From Glaucostegus cemiculus (lineage: Eukaryota): 64,000 nucleotides of DNA. The stretch's first letter is position 1. Every line of letters starts with the position of its first letter. The position numbers and the translations under genes are program-made. The notes under the pieces were generated by a model that made no database searches, was not told where the DNA came from, and saw only the letters and a program-made list of their open reading frames with translations. Of the stretch, positions 36,811 to 49,425 are shown in pieces. The stretch lies in the NCBI GenBank assembly GCA_976551045.1, contig CDPCPM010000014.1:30504001-30568000 (forward strand), given 5' to 3'.

Positions 36811-38554
36811 TGTGGCAAGAGGGAATATAGATTGAGAGAAAATGAAACAGAGCTAGAGAGTGTAACAGGGTGACAGACACTGGGAAAAAGAAAAGCTAGT
36901 TTAGTAGAGATATTTAGCTGAGGGTAGAAAAAGAACAGTATTCTATGAAACAAACTGAACCTTTACACGGAGTAGCAAATGTTTACTCCAAAGCTGATTA
37001 CTTCACGGGAATACAACTGAAGTGAGCAGAAATTGGAGACATTAAGATGGCAGATTTCAAGAAATACATTTCTGCTCAATGATTGCCTTCTGTTTAAACA
37101 GTTTACAAGATAATCCATCCAGTAAGCAGCTGGCCCTGACAGTTAGCGTGTTCATTCTGCTGGATAACAAACGTAGTCTGATTGCAGCTCAAGCAGCCAT
37201 TCCAAATGCAAGGAGGCATTGTTCCATTTCTGATTAAATGGGCAGCTGTAGATTGCAAAGAATGTAATTGCCTTGGCCACGCAACATCTTCACCTGTTAT
37301 TTCAAGTATGCTAAATCATAGCAGAAATTATTAACAGCCACAGTTTCATAATAGTTTAATTTGAGGCGATGCACCGTTAGTGTAACACAGATGAATAGGT
37401 GTGTTGGACTTGACTTTAAATACGGCTGACATCCAATGAATATTTTCTAGCAATTGCACTGTAGGGAGCTTGTCAGTGATTGCGTTTTCAGCCACACAAT
37501 TGCCAAGTGCAGAAGGGGAAAAATAGTCTTCTAGCACTGCTTGCACTCATAATCTTAACAATGATTGGAGCATTTGACAGCTAAATCATTTTTCAATTAG
37601 GTCTATAAGCGATGTGAGCATGTGCTGATGAGCTTTCCATGAAATATTTCAGTACCAGGATGATCAGGGAATTCACTTACTGTTCATATTGGAAGAGGTA
37701 TTAAATTTTAATACGCAGAATTCAGTTTTTCAGCAGTCTTCTTCTGATGCATTCTCCAAATGGCTGAGTGAATTGATTCAGTAAGTAGCTGAACCATATG
37801 GCTCTTCAAACTCAAGATCCAATCCTGATCTAATCCTTGTCAGGTGAGGTAGCCAGAGTGTTGCTAGATTAACTACAAGGTCTCAGGATCTATACATAGG
37901 GGAATGACGGATCCTCATTATTATTCATCAGCTAAATCCTTTCCTCCAATTGAAGGTACAATGGGTGGCAATTTGACTGTGTACAAAATGGGGCTTGCCT
38001 GTGATATGCCCCAAGACTGAATAACCTTCCAATACTCACAATCAAAATGTACACAAATAATAACCCAAAGGTAAGGGGAAAATATTTTGGAGAAAGGACA
38101 AAACATAAGATAAATCTTCCTCTTCTGAAAAGGGGCATAAAGCTATGGTAGAAAGTTCATATGATAAACTGGTTAATATGAAAATAAAGTGTTCTCTTCT
38201 TTTCTGTCTCTCAAACTTATAAGGGCTAATTTTAATTAAACTTGATGAGCAAAAAATCCATGGTTACTTCAATAAAGAAAGAAATCAGGCAGGAAGTAGT
38301 ATCAGCATGCCACCTGGTACCATCAGTTTCCCTACTGGTGAGCTAGGATAACATTGCTGCTCAATTATTTATTTCTTATTTATATTCCTATTGTTTTTTT
38401 TATCTCCCTGAAAGCATTCTTATTCCTTTCCTGAAGTCAGAAGCTCATTTCTGGCCAGAACTGCAGAGCAGCCAAGAGCTCTCCCCTGCCCGATATGCAT
38501 GCACCACCTTTTGAAACGATATTAAACCATTGGAGAGTCACAATGGAAAGAAAA

Positions 38555-38655
38555 AGGATTTACCTCTCTGTAGTGCTGTTTATGACTTCAGGATGTTCCA
38601 AAGAATTTTAAGGCTAATTATGTACTTTAGAAGTACGGTCATTATTGCAATGTAG
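38555..38655 (-). mobile_element. Deu-SINE/L2-type 3' tail fragment
   Basis: tatgacttcaggatgttccaaagaattttaaggctaattatgtactttagaagtacggtcattattgcaatgtag. Confidence 0.55.
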
Positions 38656-38749
38656 AAAATTTGATTGGATCCACCTTGTGTTTCATGAATACATTTGAAA
38701 CAGGAATGTTGTGTAATGTTTTTTAAAAAGAAAAAAAAAACACCACCTG

Positions 38750-38900
38750 AATTTAGGATTGTTGTAGCAAGCAGGCAACATTCCCCTTGTTGCCTTGGCT
38801 GAGATCAATAACTTCTGCACTTAACACCAACAGTCAAATCTAGGCATTGCATGATCACGTGTGATTCCACTGTCTGCTGGATAAACATGCTGAGCCACTG
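38750..38900 (-). mobile_element. Possible ancient LF-SINE-like relic
   Basis: Reverse complement gtgcagaagttattgatctcagccaaggcaac...gctacaa resembles the recalled core tgtgctgagttagctgatctcagccagggcagc...gctacaa; short and decayed. Confidence 0.3.
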
Positions 38901-41029
38901 GACAAAAAAGTCAGCACATATGTTTTATAATCCTGCTATTGCATTGCTCAAAGAGATGATAGGAGAAAAGGAGTCAATCATTACATTGTCCACTGTATAG
39001 TTAAGTGTAATAGAACAGGTTTCCTATTTCCTTATTGAAAGCAATTTGTTTCATCCTCCTCTCTGGGCTATAGCTTCATATTCACTTTTGAAGCAACACT
39101 GTAATTCAATCCATAAAGATGGAGTACCTATTTCTGAACACAAATATTCCTACTTTTAAAGGCTGCTGGAAAAGAGCAGCAACTGGGTCTATTTATTAAA
39201 GAGTTGCTACTTGCCTGTCTGTTTAATTGGCATCAAAACATTTAAATATTATCATTCTGAATCAGTGTAGAATCTATTCTACATCCCTCTTTTCCACATC
39301 CAACAGAAAATAAATGATAATTTGGGGACAGGAGCTAATCTGATGGATAGAAAATTTTAAAATAATAAAATATTGTTTTGTAAAATTTCTACACAGTATG
39401 TTGCCATTAGTAAGATTATTTTATTATCAATTGCCATGCTGGCCAGGTACATTATAACTTGATTTCATCATTAATTTAATAAAGATATGTTGTATCAGAC
39501 TGTAATTATCATGGGCAGTAAAATTGACTGAGTGTACTGGAATAATCTCATTAGAAGCTTACCCTACGGATGAATGAAAGGCTTGATTTGGATGTTTTGG
39601 TGCTATTATTTATTAATCTATAAACCAGCATTGAAAGAGACTTTTATTTTCATTGACAGTGGTAAGGCTCCTTCTGCTCACTAATTAGATTTATTTTAAA
39701 TAGTTTATGTTTTATCTGAGTGTTGAGAAAGATTTGTGCTTGATTTTCAATTTATTTCAAACTCAGATTTGATGGGTTGAACAGAGAGACCTCTTATTTC
39801 TCTGACCCAGTAACTGCTTTCAAAAGCTTTTCCTGTGATGCCTGGGTCTGGCTGATCTAAAGCTCTGTGTGAAGTTGTCTTTGTTGCCCAGCTGAGTCAT
39901 CTTTTTTTGAGGAAACATTTTTTCCAAACTGAATTGAATGTGCACTTTGATTTTTTTAAATATATATTTGTATGTACTTAATATGTAGTCGGTCCTAAAA
40001 GAGGAAAACAAGGATGTGAAACCAGTTGAAAAAAAATCATGGTGAAGAATTATTCTGCCAAACATTTGGAAGCAAATTAGTACTGGTACATAATCAGAGT
40101 ATGAAGTTTTCCCAGCTTTTGCCATGACTACAACTGTTTAAGCGCATGCCATTTTCAGGGTATCAATCTTAAATTACACCCTGGTTTCAGACTTGATCAT
40201 TGCTTTATGCTGGTCAGACAGATGGAGAATCATGAATCAGTAGAGTGTCTGTCTGGTTCTGAGAACTCTGGTGTAGGTTTTGACCTTAAGTGATGATGTT
40301 AAATGAATAAAAGCAAATCAGCCGCCCCTTTTAGTTGATATTATGGCTTTCGGGAGAAGCAGCTCATTAGGTAAGGCAAGTGATGTACCTGCAGTGACTG
40401 CAGAATGGAACACAAGAGTAAAATAATTTGACCAGGGTACTCACTAGAGCAGCACAATACTTTAGTGCACTCGGTGAATCAGTAGTATCTAATTTGCACA
40501 GCCCATTTCCCTAAATCCATTCCTTGTGCACATATGCACAAAAGCCATGGGGTATGCACGATTATGTCAAACAGCATATAATGTGCAATTGATGTTACTT
40601 GCGTGAAGTTCTACCACACATATACAGTTCATGAATGGCATGAATCTTGATCATTGGGGCAAGTCTTAACCATAGGATTGAGGTCTGCTCTGGAATTAGC
40701 TAAAAACCCTGCCTGGGATACAAGTGGGGAGTCCAATGCCTTGATGTAGCCTTCGGTAAGTTCCTGTTTAACTTTACAGTCCAGATGGTTTCCTTTTCTC
40801 ACCCACCATGATCAGTGTCAATTCACCTTGCCACCTGCTTGCCCAATGATTTTTCTCCACATTATCTCAGAATTTCTGATCCTTTGGCTAGTCCTCTAAC
40901 CTTATTTCTGAACTTATCCCTGTCTCCCCTCCAATCTCAAGCCACACTCCTGCCTTCTCTGCAGCAGCACTCTTTCAGTTTCCTCCTTGGTGTACTCCAG
41001 TCATACCTGCATCTTCAATCTTCTTAAGT

Positions 41030-41319
41030 TAAGATAAAATATTTATTTACTAGTTACGGGTACATCGAAACACACAGTGAAATGCATCCTTTTGCATTAC
41101 TGAGAATGTGCTGGGGGCAGCCCACAAGTGTCGCCACTCTTCTGGCGTCAACATGGCATGCCCACAACTCCTAACCCATATGTCTTTGGAATGTGGGAGG
41201 AAGCCGGAGCACCTGGAGGAAACCCACGCAGATACAGGGAGAATGTAGAAACTCCTTACAGACAGCGACGGGAGTTGAACCCAGGTTGCTGGCACTGTAA
41301 TAGAGTTACACTGCATCAT
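41030..41319 (-). mobile_element. Young V-domain tRNA SINE
   Basis: Reverse complement of the 29261/53675/62407 family: tctttggaatgtgggaggaagccggagcacctggaggaaacccacgc...gagttgaacccagg. Confidence 0.92.
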
Positions 41320-42309
41320 CCTCCCAATCTTTTCTCTGTAATCTACCCCTCACTGATAGCTCCCCTCCCCAAAATTTGCTCTCTATTACTCCACATAATG
41401 ACAATGAATATGGAGAAAAGGCTTTAGTGCAGATTCACATGTGCAAGGCCAACTCCATGACATATGATGCTTTGGCCATTTCATGTGGTAGAATATGACA
41501 ACTTCAGGAGCATACACCAAACTGGCATGATCACTGCATATACCATATTTTCAAAGCATGAAAACAGGCACTAAAATAGTTCTAGCCATTTCCTGTTCAA
41601 TATATTCTTTGCGCAAAAGTGCAACCTGCGGCCTGTCACCAATTTAAAAAATTGCCTTTATTTTGGACTTTTTAAAAAGCCTTTTAAGCACTTCTTTAAG
41701 ATGAGTGACTCTTTTCCTGCTTTGCAACATATTTATTCAAAGAGATTTCACGTGCAAATGCTTCATTGCCATGGTGGCAAGCTAAATAAGCTAGCTGTGC
41801 AGAAGAAAAAGCATTAGCTGCTGTTCACTTTTAATGTTTCAGTAGGAAGCCTTGGGTAGCATTGTATACATAGCAATTTTATTCAATGTCCACTCAGCTG
41901 TTTCTCTTTGTTCAGATTTCTGAACCTTTTTGCTTTATTTTGTTCTTCCTGTTTTTATGTTATTTGTGCCTTCTGCATTGTGTTAGCTTCAATCCCTTCT
42001 TTTCCGTTCCTCCATTTTTACTACCAGAAGATTGTGGCGAAGTAGCGTAGATTTACTCCTGTTTACGCAGAAAATACGTAACTCTTGTTTCAAAGTGAAG
42101 AAGAAATGGTGGCAGAAAGACACTGTCCTTTTTATTGTGCTTCATGTGTGCTGCCCAGGATGAGAGGGAGGATGTTCCCTGGAACAGAGAGAAGATTGTT
42201 AATGTTTCATTTTCTAAGGCTTTCATTTATTAGCATCGAAGATGGCGTGTCTAACAGATAAGTGACTTTCTTTAAAAGAAACAGGACAGTAGCCAAAAGC
42301 CCTGAGCTT

Positions 42310-42800
42310 TTTAAGAACATAAAAAGTAGTTGGTCCTTTTTGTTTGCACCACAATTCAATAAGATAATGGCTGACCTTTGACCTTAATGCTACTTTCCTT
42401 CACTAACCATTTATCTCTAACCCTTACTTTCTAAAAATCCATCATTTTCTGTCTTGAATATATTCAGTCAGTGAGCCTTCTCAGCCCCTTGGGGAGAGAA
42501 GTCCATGTGAAGAAATTTGTCCTCACCTCTGTGCTTATGTTGAGACAGTGATCCTCTATTCCTTGACACCCCAGCCAGAGGAAACATTAACTCCAAACCT
42601 AGCCTGCCAAGTACCATAAGAGTTTTCTACATTTCAGTGAGATCACCAATAAGTCTTCTAAATTCTAGAGGGTACAGGATCTCTTCACATTTGACAAATC
42701 CAGCATCCCAGGAATCAATCCTGTAAATCTTCACATCACTTTCTCTATTTCAAGTATAAACTTCCTTACATAGGGCCACCAGACCTGTACACAATGTACT
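42310..42800 (-). mobile_element. CR1 LINE 3' fragment
   Basis: agaacataaaaagtag...attcaataagataatggctga...gtcttgaatatattca...ccaggaatcaatcctgtaaatcttc...accagacctgtacacaatgtact. Confidence 0.7.
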
Positions 42801-43001
42801 GGAGCAACACACAAAAGTACTGGAGGAACTCAGCGGATCAGGCAGTATCCATGGAGGGAAATGGACAGTGGACATTTTGTGTCGAGAACTGCCCTGATGA
42901 AGCGTGGTGACACTTGAGGACTGCCCCCCGAACACTCTACACTAAAGATGTATTTCACTGTGTGTTTCAATGTATATGTGACTAATAAAGAAATCTTATC
43001 T
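42801..43001. mobile_element. Composite: minus-strand Penelope pLTR piece (42801-42890) joined to a plus-strand V-SINE 3' half (42900-43001)
   Basis: ctggaggaactcagcggatcaggcagtatccatggag, then gaagcgtggtgacacttg...gtgactaataaagaaatcttatct. Confidence 0.75.
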
Positions 43002-45084
43002 AACTAACAAACATGAATGTATTTTCCTTTCTTCAGGCAGAGTGTACTTGAGAAGGTCAGCTCATCACACGTTTGAGGTTGTGGAATGGGTGGGAGGAGG
43101 AGAGAGGGATGGATAATGAGAAAATCAGCACTTTCCCCGCCTGTTGCATAGACTAGGCAAAATAAAGAGGCTATAGATGAAATCTGTAAATTTTACTCGG
43201 TATTGTAGCTGTAACACTGGAAGAATCAACCTTAGCAGGAAAAATACAAATGTAAATAAACCTTGAGCAGAATATAAGCAAGTGTGCCATTAATAACTCA
43301 TTTGTACAATACCAGCATTGTTCAGGTCATGGACAAGCTCTGCCTGTGTGAGTCTGTGATGCGACCTTGTTCGGTGCAGCTGATTCTGTGCAGTAACCTT
43401 TCTCAGCAGAAGCAGCACGAAGAAAACTGTGCAGTACAGCAGAATTTATCAGTCCAGAGGGAGGCTGAGGAAATGACTTGTGACTGAGTGGATCTGACCC
43501 TGTGCATAATTTATAATCATTAGTTTAAGTGACAGTTGTATGATGTTTGTGTCACTGCTCTGAACCTTGCAGATTTTCAGGCAAACGGTCCAATCAGTGG
43601 TTGGGTTATGACCTACTTCCATTGAAAGGCATGACTGATAATAGCAGGGAATGTTTGCTTAATGCTCTGTCTCACTGCCTTGCCTAACAAAAACAGTCAT
43701 AGCCAAATGGAAAATGTGAAAGTGACTTAAGGAAAATGTTAGATTTAGTTATACCTAGGGTGACAGAGACTGAACATGACCTCCTTCACTGGGCCAATGA
43801 GGCTGTCGAAAAGCAATTAGATTGCGGATAAGTGACGAGTGATGAGGTACTTACAATGAAACCAAAAATATTGGGAAGCATGTAGTTTATGAAGATAAAG
43901 GAGTAATTTTAACCCAATTCATCTGGCAGGTGAGGTTAAATTGATCTCTCATGACTCAGTCATTTCCCTTCACCAGCTCACGACCTCCACAACCAACAGG
44001 GCTATGTTTATAATTCGGTGTGAACACCAAGGGTAAGTTAGTCCCCTCTCTTGAGAAAACTGTCAGGATGGTTGAAATAGCAATTTGTGACTCTAGCTCA
44101 TAACCACCTAATAGAAAAGCCATTGTTGCATCCATTTGTTGCTAGGCAGCTTGGCCTCGAAATTCAATGGCACAAGGTGTCTGCATGGCAATAAAAGGAC
44201 TCCTGGTCTTTCAGCATGGCGGGCAAGAATTGCATACTTTTCACTCGTTGGAAGTGAGCCCAATCATACTGGTGTTGGCGAATCTCCTGGTGTGAAGAAC
44301 ACCCATCAGAATTATACTGAAAACTGCTCACACAATCAAAATTAGAATCCTAGAAGAGATTCAAAACTCAAATGTAGTGATGGCATGTCTGAATTCATGA
44401 CTTGAGATGAGCTGAACTCATTTTGTGTGACACATGTGGCAGGAACAACCCCCCATGTTGTTCCAGGACATGATGCAGAATAGTTACTGGTTTGTTGTAT
44501 CAGGCTCCAGGTTGATTTCTGATAGTGTTAAGCCTGATTTTATCACTCTGGGAAAACTCCCATCGTTGAATGTCATTGTTGCATTGCTGGTATAATATGC
44601 TACAACATAAATGGTTTGGGTCCTGTCGTGGGTAGTCTTGTAGATCTGCTTCTAAACTAGAGGGCAAGGGAGAGCAGAGAGAAAGTCAGAAGTGAGAAGG
44701 ATCAGCTGCTGTAAGAGGGTGGAAGGGTTATCTATGGAGTATATAAGGGAACACTTCTCCAAGTTATCTTTACTAAAGAGCAATGTATTAGTAACAACAT
44801 TTCACAAAGCAGGCTTTTCCCAGACAAATTTAATGTCACGATTTGAACATTTCAGGGCATGGGTAGCATTCCCTGTTGCGTTCAGAACCCTTTACATTAA
44901 TGCTGATGGTTCCTTGTAAGCTACAGCAGATAATATCAGCAAATATTGCAATATGCAGTCCATCATTTCCATCGTGCAGATCACTGAGTCTCTCTACATC
45001 AAGGGGAAATCTTTGCTTCCTTGTCAACAGAATGAAGCAGTGTGGGAGAGAATAGGTTTTGCTTGCATGGCAGGAAGTTTATAG

Positions 45085-45120
45085 AAATCTTCCTAGGTTC
45101 CTATAAACCTAGGAAGATTT
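45085..45120. repeat. Perfect 15-bp-stem hairpin
   Basis: aaatcttcctaggtt cctata aacctaggaagattt. Confidence 0.95.
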
Positions 45121-45224
45121 ATACACTCTTTTTTACCAGGAAGGTAGTTCCACCATCCTTAAGCTGTGCCACTTACTGCATATTCTTTGATACCAGCATC
45201 CAAGACCTCTATCACTTAAAAGGA

Positions 45225-45655
45225 AAGAAACAACTGGCTGTAGAAATGAAGGGGATCAGGAGATATGGGCTTTCTGCAAGAAAGTGGTGCTGAGGTAAAA
45301 GATTAGCCTTTACCTTATTGAATAAGAGAACAGGCTTGATGGGGCAGGATAGTCTCCTCCTGCTTCTATTTATGATATTCGCCCATTCTTAGGTACACTT
45401 GAGTCCACTGTGTGCATGTTTCCCTCCATGCCTCACGCCACCTGACTTGAAAATTTATAGCCTTTCCTCCATCATCGCTGGGTCAAAATCCTGGAACCTG
45501 TTAATTAACAGCATTGTGGGAGTACTTCACCAGAAGGACAGCAGCTGTTTAATAAAAGGCTCAGCACCACCTTCTCGAGGGCAAGCATGGATAGCAAAAA
45601 TTAATGTCCTCTGCAGCAAAGTTGACATCCTGTGAGAATAAAAAGGAATAAAAAA
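45225..45655 (+). mobile_element. Two adjacent LINE 3' tails (CR1 tail ~45225-45380; 31870-type tail ~45430-45655)
   Basis: gaacaggcttgatggggcaggatagtctcctcctgcttctattt; catcgctgggtcaaaatcctggaac...ggctcagcaccaccttctcgagggcaa...gaataaaaa. Confidence 0.6.
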
Positions 45656-48600
45656 AGTTTGTACAACTAGTTTGTGACCACAGCCAGTGCATCATGGCTG
45701 CCTGTGCCTGACATCTTAATAGCAGTCATGGCTGTTTTTTTTACTGTAACAGTTCTCTGTGCTGTGTTGCTCTAAGCAGATCATTAAGTTATGGACTAGC
45801 TCTAGCAACAATGCCATCCCTTCCAATATATCTCAGCTTTTCCAATAGAAACCCAGTCGCAGCTGCACAGCTGCCTATGACATATTGGTAATATAATTAA
45901 TATAATGTAACTACCAATTAATAATTGGTAATTATTTTTTAAAATTTAAATAAAAATAAATAATAATTTAAAAAAATAATGTAATGACCAATATAAGATT
46001 GGCAATATGATCATGCAAAAACTTGGAATGAAGCATTGTTTGGTAAATTGGTTTATTACTGTCACATGTACCGAGGGAGAAGTCATCAGGTGGGAGATGG
46101 GCAAGACTTCCCTCTGAATCTTCTCACTATTGAACGGGTACAATCAGATATGAAGTATGGCCAAGCGTGAAGCTAAAGAAAAGTGTCAAATGTCTGTGAA
46201 AACATGCCCAATGCTGAATGTTTTCTCAAGCCTCTTGGCATGGAGTAAGAATATTTGTTACACATTCGTGCTGAACTGTAGGAATTACTTGAGATAAAGT
46301 GAAAAAAAGAACTTGAAATAATTAGCAGATCAGGCAGCATGTGGGGAGAGAGAAAAACTGACTTAATGGTGCAGGACATTGAACTTGCGTCAGAAGTGAG
46401 GTACTTTGTTATTTATTCCTTTCATTCTTTGTACAATGAAGATTGGGTTTACAGATCTCCATCTGCTTTGGCTGATACACACATATATGCATCATTGCTC
46501 ACAAAGATTATCTTTTTAACCACTAACTCAGGGGTCATGCAAGAAACAGAACTCTCTGCTCCAGAGTATACACATGTGTAGTCGGCTAAACTGATGATTG
46601 ACTGAAAGCCGAATCCCTAGAAGTTTTCTTCCCATTCAACTATGATTTGGCCAAGCCACTTGCAGTGATAAAGCCACAGTGTCAACCGTTGCTTGTAGTC
46701 ATTGTTTCCATATGCAAATGGATATCACAACAATTGGACCTATGAGACATAACCAAACTCATAGTCGTTCTTTGGATGTTCAAAACTCAATGGAGTCAGT
46801 ATATTGCATTGCTATTTGCTGAAATTAAATGTATCTCTCATCTTGAGATCATAGCAGATCACCCCATTTACTTTCAGCAAATCAAGATTTAACCTTAGTT
46901 ACCAGCTGCCTTTATCTGATAGCCATTTCCCTGCTTCTTAGTTGATTTCAAAGTAATTTCCAGTATCCACATAGGGTTTTGCTTTTGTTTTAAAGTTTCC
47001 ATTGTTAGTGATGTTTTAACATGTTTTTCCATCAGAACTAAACAATGTAAATGTCACTTCATGTAGATTTGCCCTTGACAAGAGAGTGCTGATTAAGAAT
47101 GTTTTGTTAAAAAGAAACAAAGCAGTTATCAGGCAGTTGTCTTATAAGTAATTAAATAGCAGAGACACAGTGATAATTTTAAGCAATGCTTTAGAATCAG
47201 TGATTCAAATGGGATGTATAATTTACAGCATTAAAATTGGTAGTGTCATACCCATTTCACAAGGTAATTACCCCATCATTATTTTCTCATCCTAAATTAA
47301 TTATTTGTGTGGTATGCTATTATACTATGTATAGCTTTACCACTGCTGACTGTCATAATAAAGTTGGAATAAAAATGAAGGTACCTCAAAATTCCACTAG
47401 TTATAGTTATACTGCTTAACTTCAGAGATTTAGTTAGTTCCACCTGACAGATTACATTAATGTGCTTCTCTATCTAGAGGCCAAAGTACAAAGGCAAGCA
47501 ACAACGCCAGACCTGGTCTTTGTGATTGCTTTATTGTAACGTCTGTCATTTGTTCAGCCAATGATAGTGAGTATTGAGGCCTCTGGCTGGCAGTGCAAAG
47601 GTACACATTAAGAGTAACACTCCTGTATTATTGCTTCGTATCCCCGTGTCAGAAACCATTCTGAATATTTTCTCAGTTTTGTCCCCAGTTTTGTGGGGCA
47701 CTGGTACCGCAGTTGCCATCTCACACCACTCTTCTTCCACGATCCTGGAGACATTTGATTTTGTTCATCAAAAGTCAGAATCACAAGAATTCCTTTGTGT
47801 GTTATGTTATTGGCTTTGTTCATTTATTTTAGTTTAAATGGGTTAACAACTGTATTAAAATTGATTATCAACAGCCAAATATAGGGCTTCTAACAAGGGT
47901 TCAATGCAATTTTTTTAAGCTTAGTATGTTACAATACGATTTGTTTTATTATCAGTGCGGGAATGCAAGTATTCTCTTTTTAAATGCATTTTACCACAGG
48001 TTACTCTATGTCTGGTCAACAGCAGCTCAAGGTTACAGCTAAGCTCAATTTCTTTTCCACCACAGATGGAATCAGTGGATAGCGAGTACAAATGGCAATC
48101 AGGCTACATTCTTTCTTCTCCTCCAACCCAGAGGTACTCAGGCCTGCCACGCCACTGGTTTCAGCAATTTATGCAATTTCTCTGAGGGTTCCACTGATCT
48201 CCTACTGAAGTTACAATTGAGACAACTCCTGTGGGAATTCATGCCCGAAATACTTAGCTATTGAGTCATCAATAGCTCTCTGGAGTTTGTCTTGACAATG
48301 AAGTATTACTGTAAATGTTGAATGATTCATAAAAAATAAATCTGGTGTTGTGCTTCTAACCTAAATTTATCTATTGGTTTATGAATACTCATCAGAGATC
48401 TGATCATTTCTTTTCAATCTTGTTTTAATTGCACAAATTTCTTTTTGCTTTCATCATACAAATCACTGTAAGAGGTTCTCTGTTCTGATTGTAATCTTGA
48501 TTCTCAATGCTTTCTCAGCCAGGCCTGTGATACAGAACATTCACTGTTAATTGGAAAAAAATGGTAATTGCTTATGGAGAAAGTGTGTGTTATTTAATCC

Positions 48601-49194
48601 ATCCCTGTTTCTTTTCATTCAGCTCCAAATGCACTGTAAAAGCAACACATCTGGCTAATCTGGGACCTTGCATCGGCTAAATGAACCCAGTATGCCAGTG
48701 CTAAATATAAAGATATCTTATCTTAAGTCAAAACACAAACATGTTGATTCTTAAGATATTTCAAGGATTTACCCATCTCCTGTGTGGGGATGGGGTTATT
48801 GTCCTCTCATTAATCAACTAGATTCCACTGAAAGTTGGTGAGCAGAACGCTGGTTGGTTTGCCCATGATTTACAAGCTGCATTCCACTTAGTTTCCCCAT
48901 CCCAAAACAAAGGCTTCCTGGTTGCTCCTTGGATACCATGTCATGACCTGCATGCTGCACTTCCTAGAGCCACACAACACATTGAAGGAGTGGAATCCTC
49001 CATCCCCTAAATCCACACCACTATCTGTGCTGGCAGAGGACGATGATCTCTGTGGCTTATGTTATGCACCTGCATCTGTTTCCTACTGTTTAGCTGCTGC
49101 TGCCTATGATTAAAGAGAGAGGGTATTACATAGTGATTGTTGTTCAGTGCTGAGATGTGCCTGTCATGGTTGAATAGCCAGCAGGGTATTTAAT

Positions 49195-49425
49195 GTGTGT
49201 GACCTTCATCACGTGTGTGAGTTTACAGAACATTTTAAGCAATGGCAGTCCGATGCTTGGAGCTTGATGTCTGGCATGACCAGCCACAGCTGCCTCCTTC
49301 ATTGTGTGTTGATTGCGGCTTTCCTAGCCCTCTGTGGAATGAGGATATTTCTCATTATTTTGCCTCCTCCATCAAGACCATTGCTGCCTTATTCCAGAAA
49401 TGTGACATCCACTCCTGTCTGCATA
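49195..49425 (-). mobile_element. Harbinger Myb/SANT-like ORF2 relic
   Basis: Minus frames SHFWNKAAMVLMEEAK, RNILIPQRARKAAINTQ*RRQLW and FCKLTHVMKV are collinear with the RDVLFPQ.AR...RRQW...FNDLTRVVKV pattern. Confidence 0.45.

Noticed and set aside
39820-40125. 101-aa minus-strand ORF with ATG
   Set aside because: No recognisable homology; composition typical of random AT-rich DNA.
45880-45985. AT-rich palindromes (taccaattaataattggta)
   Set aside because: Low-complexity AT tract where short palindromes are expected by chance.
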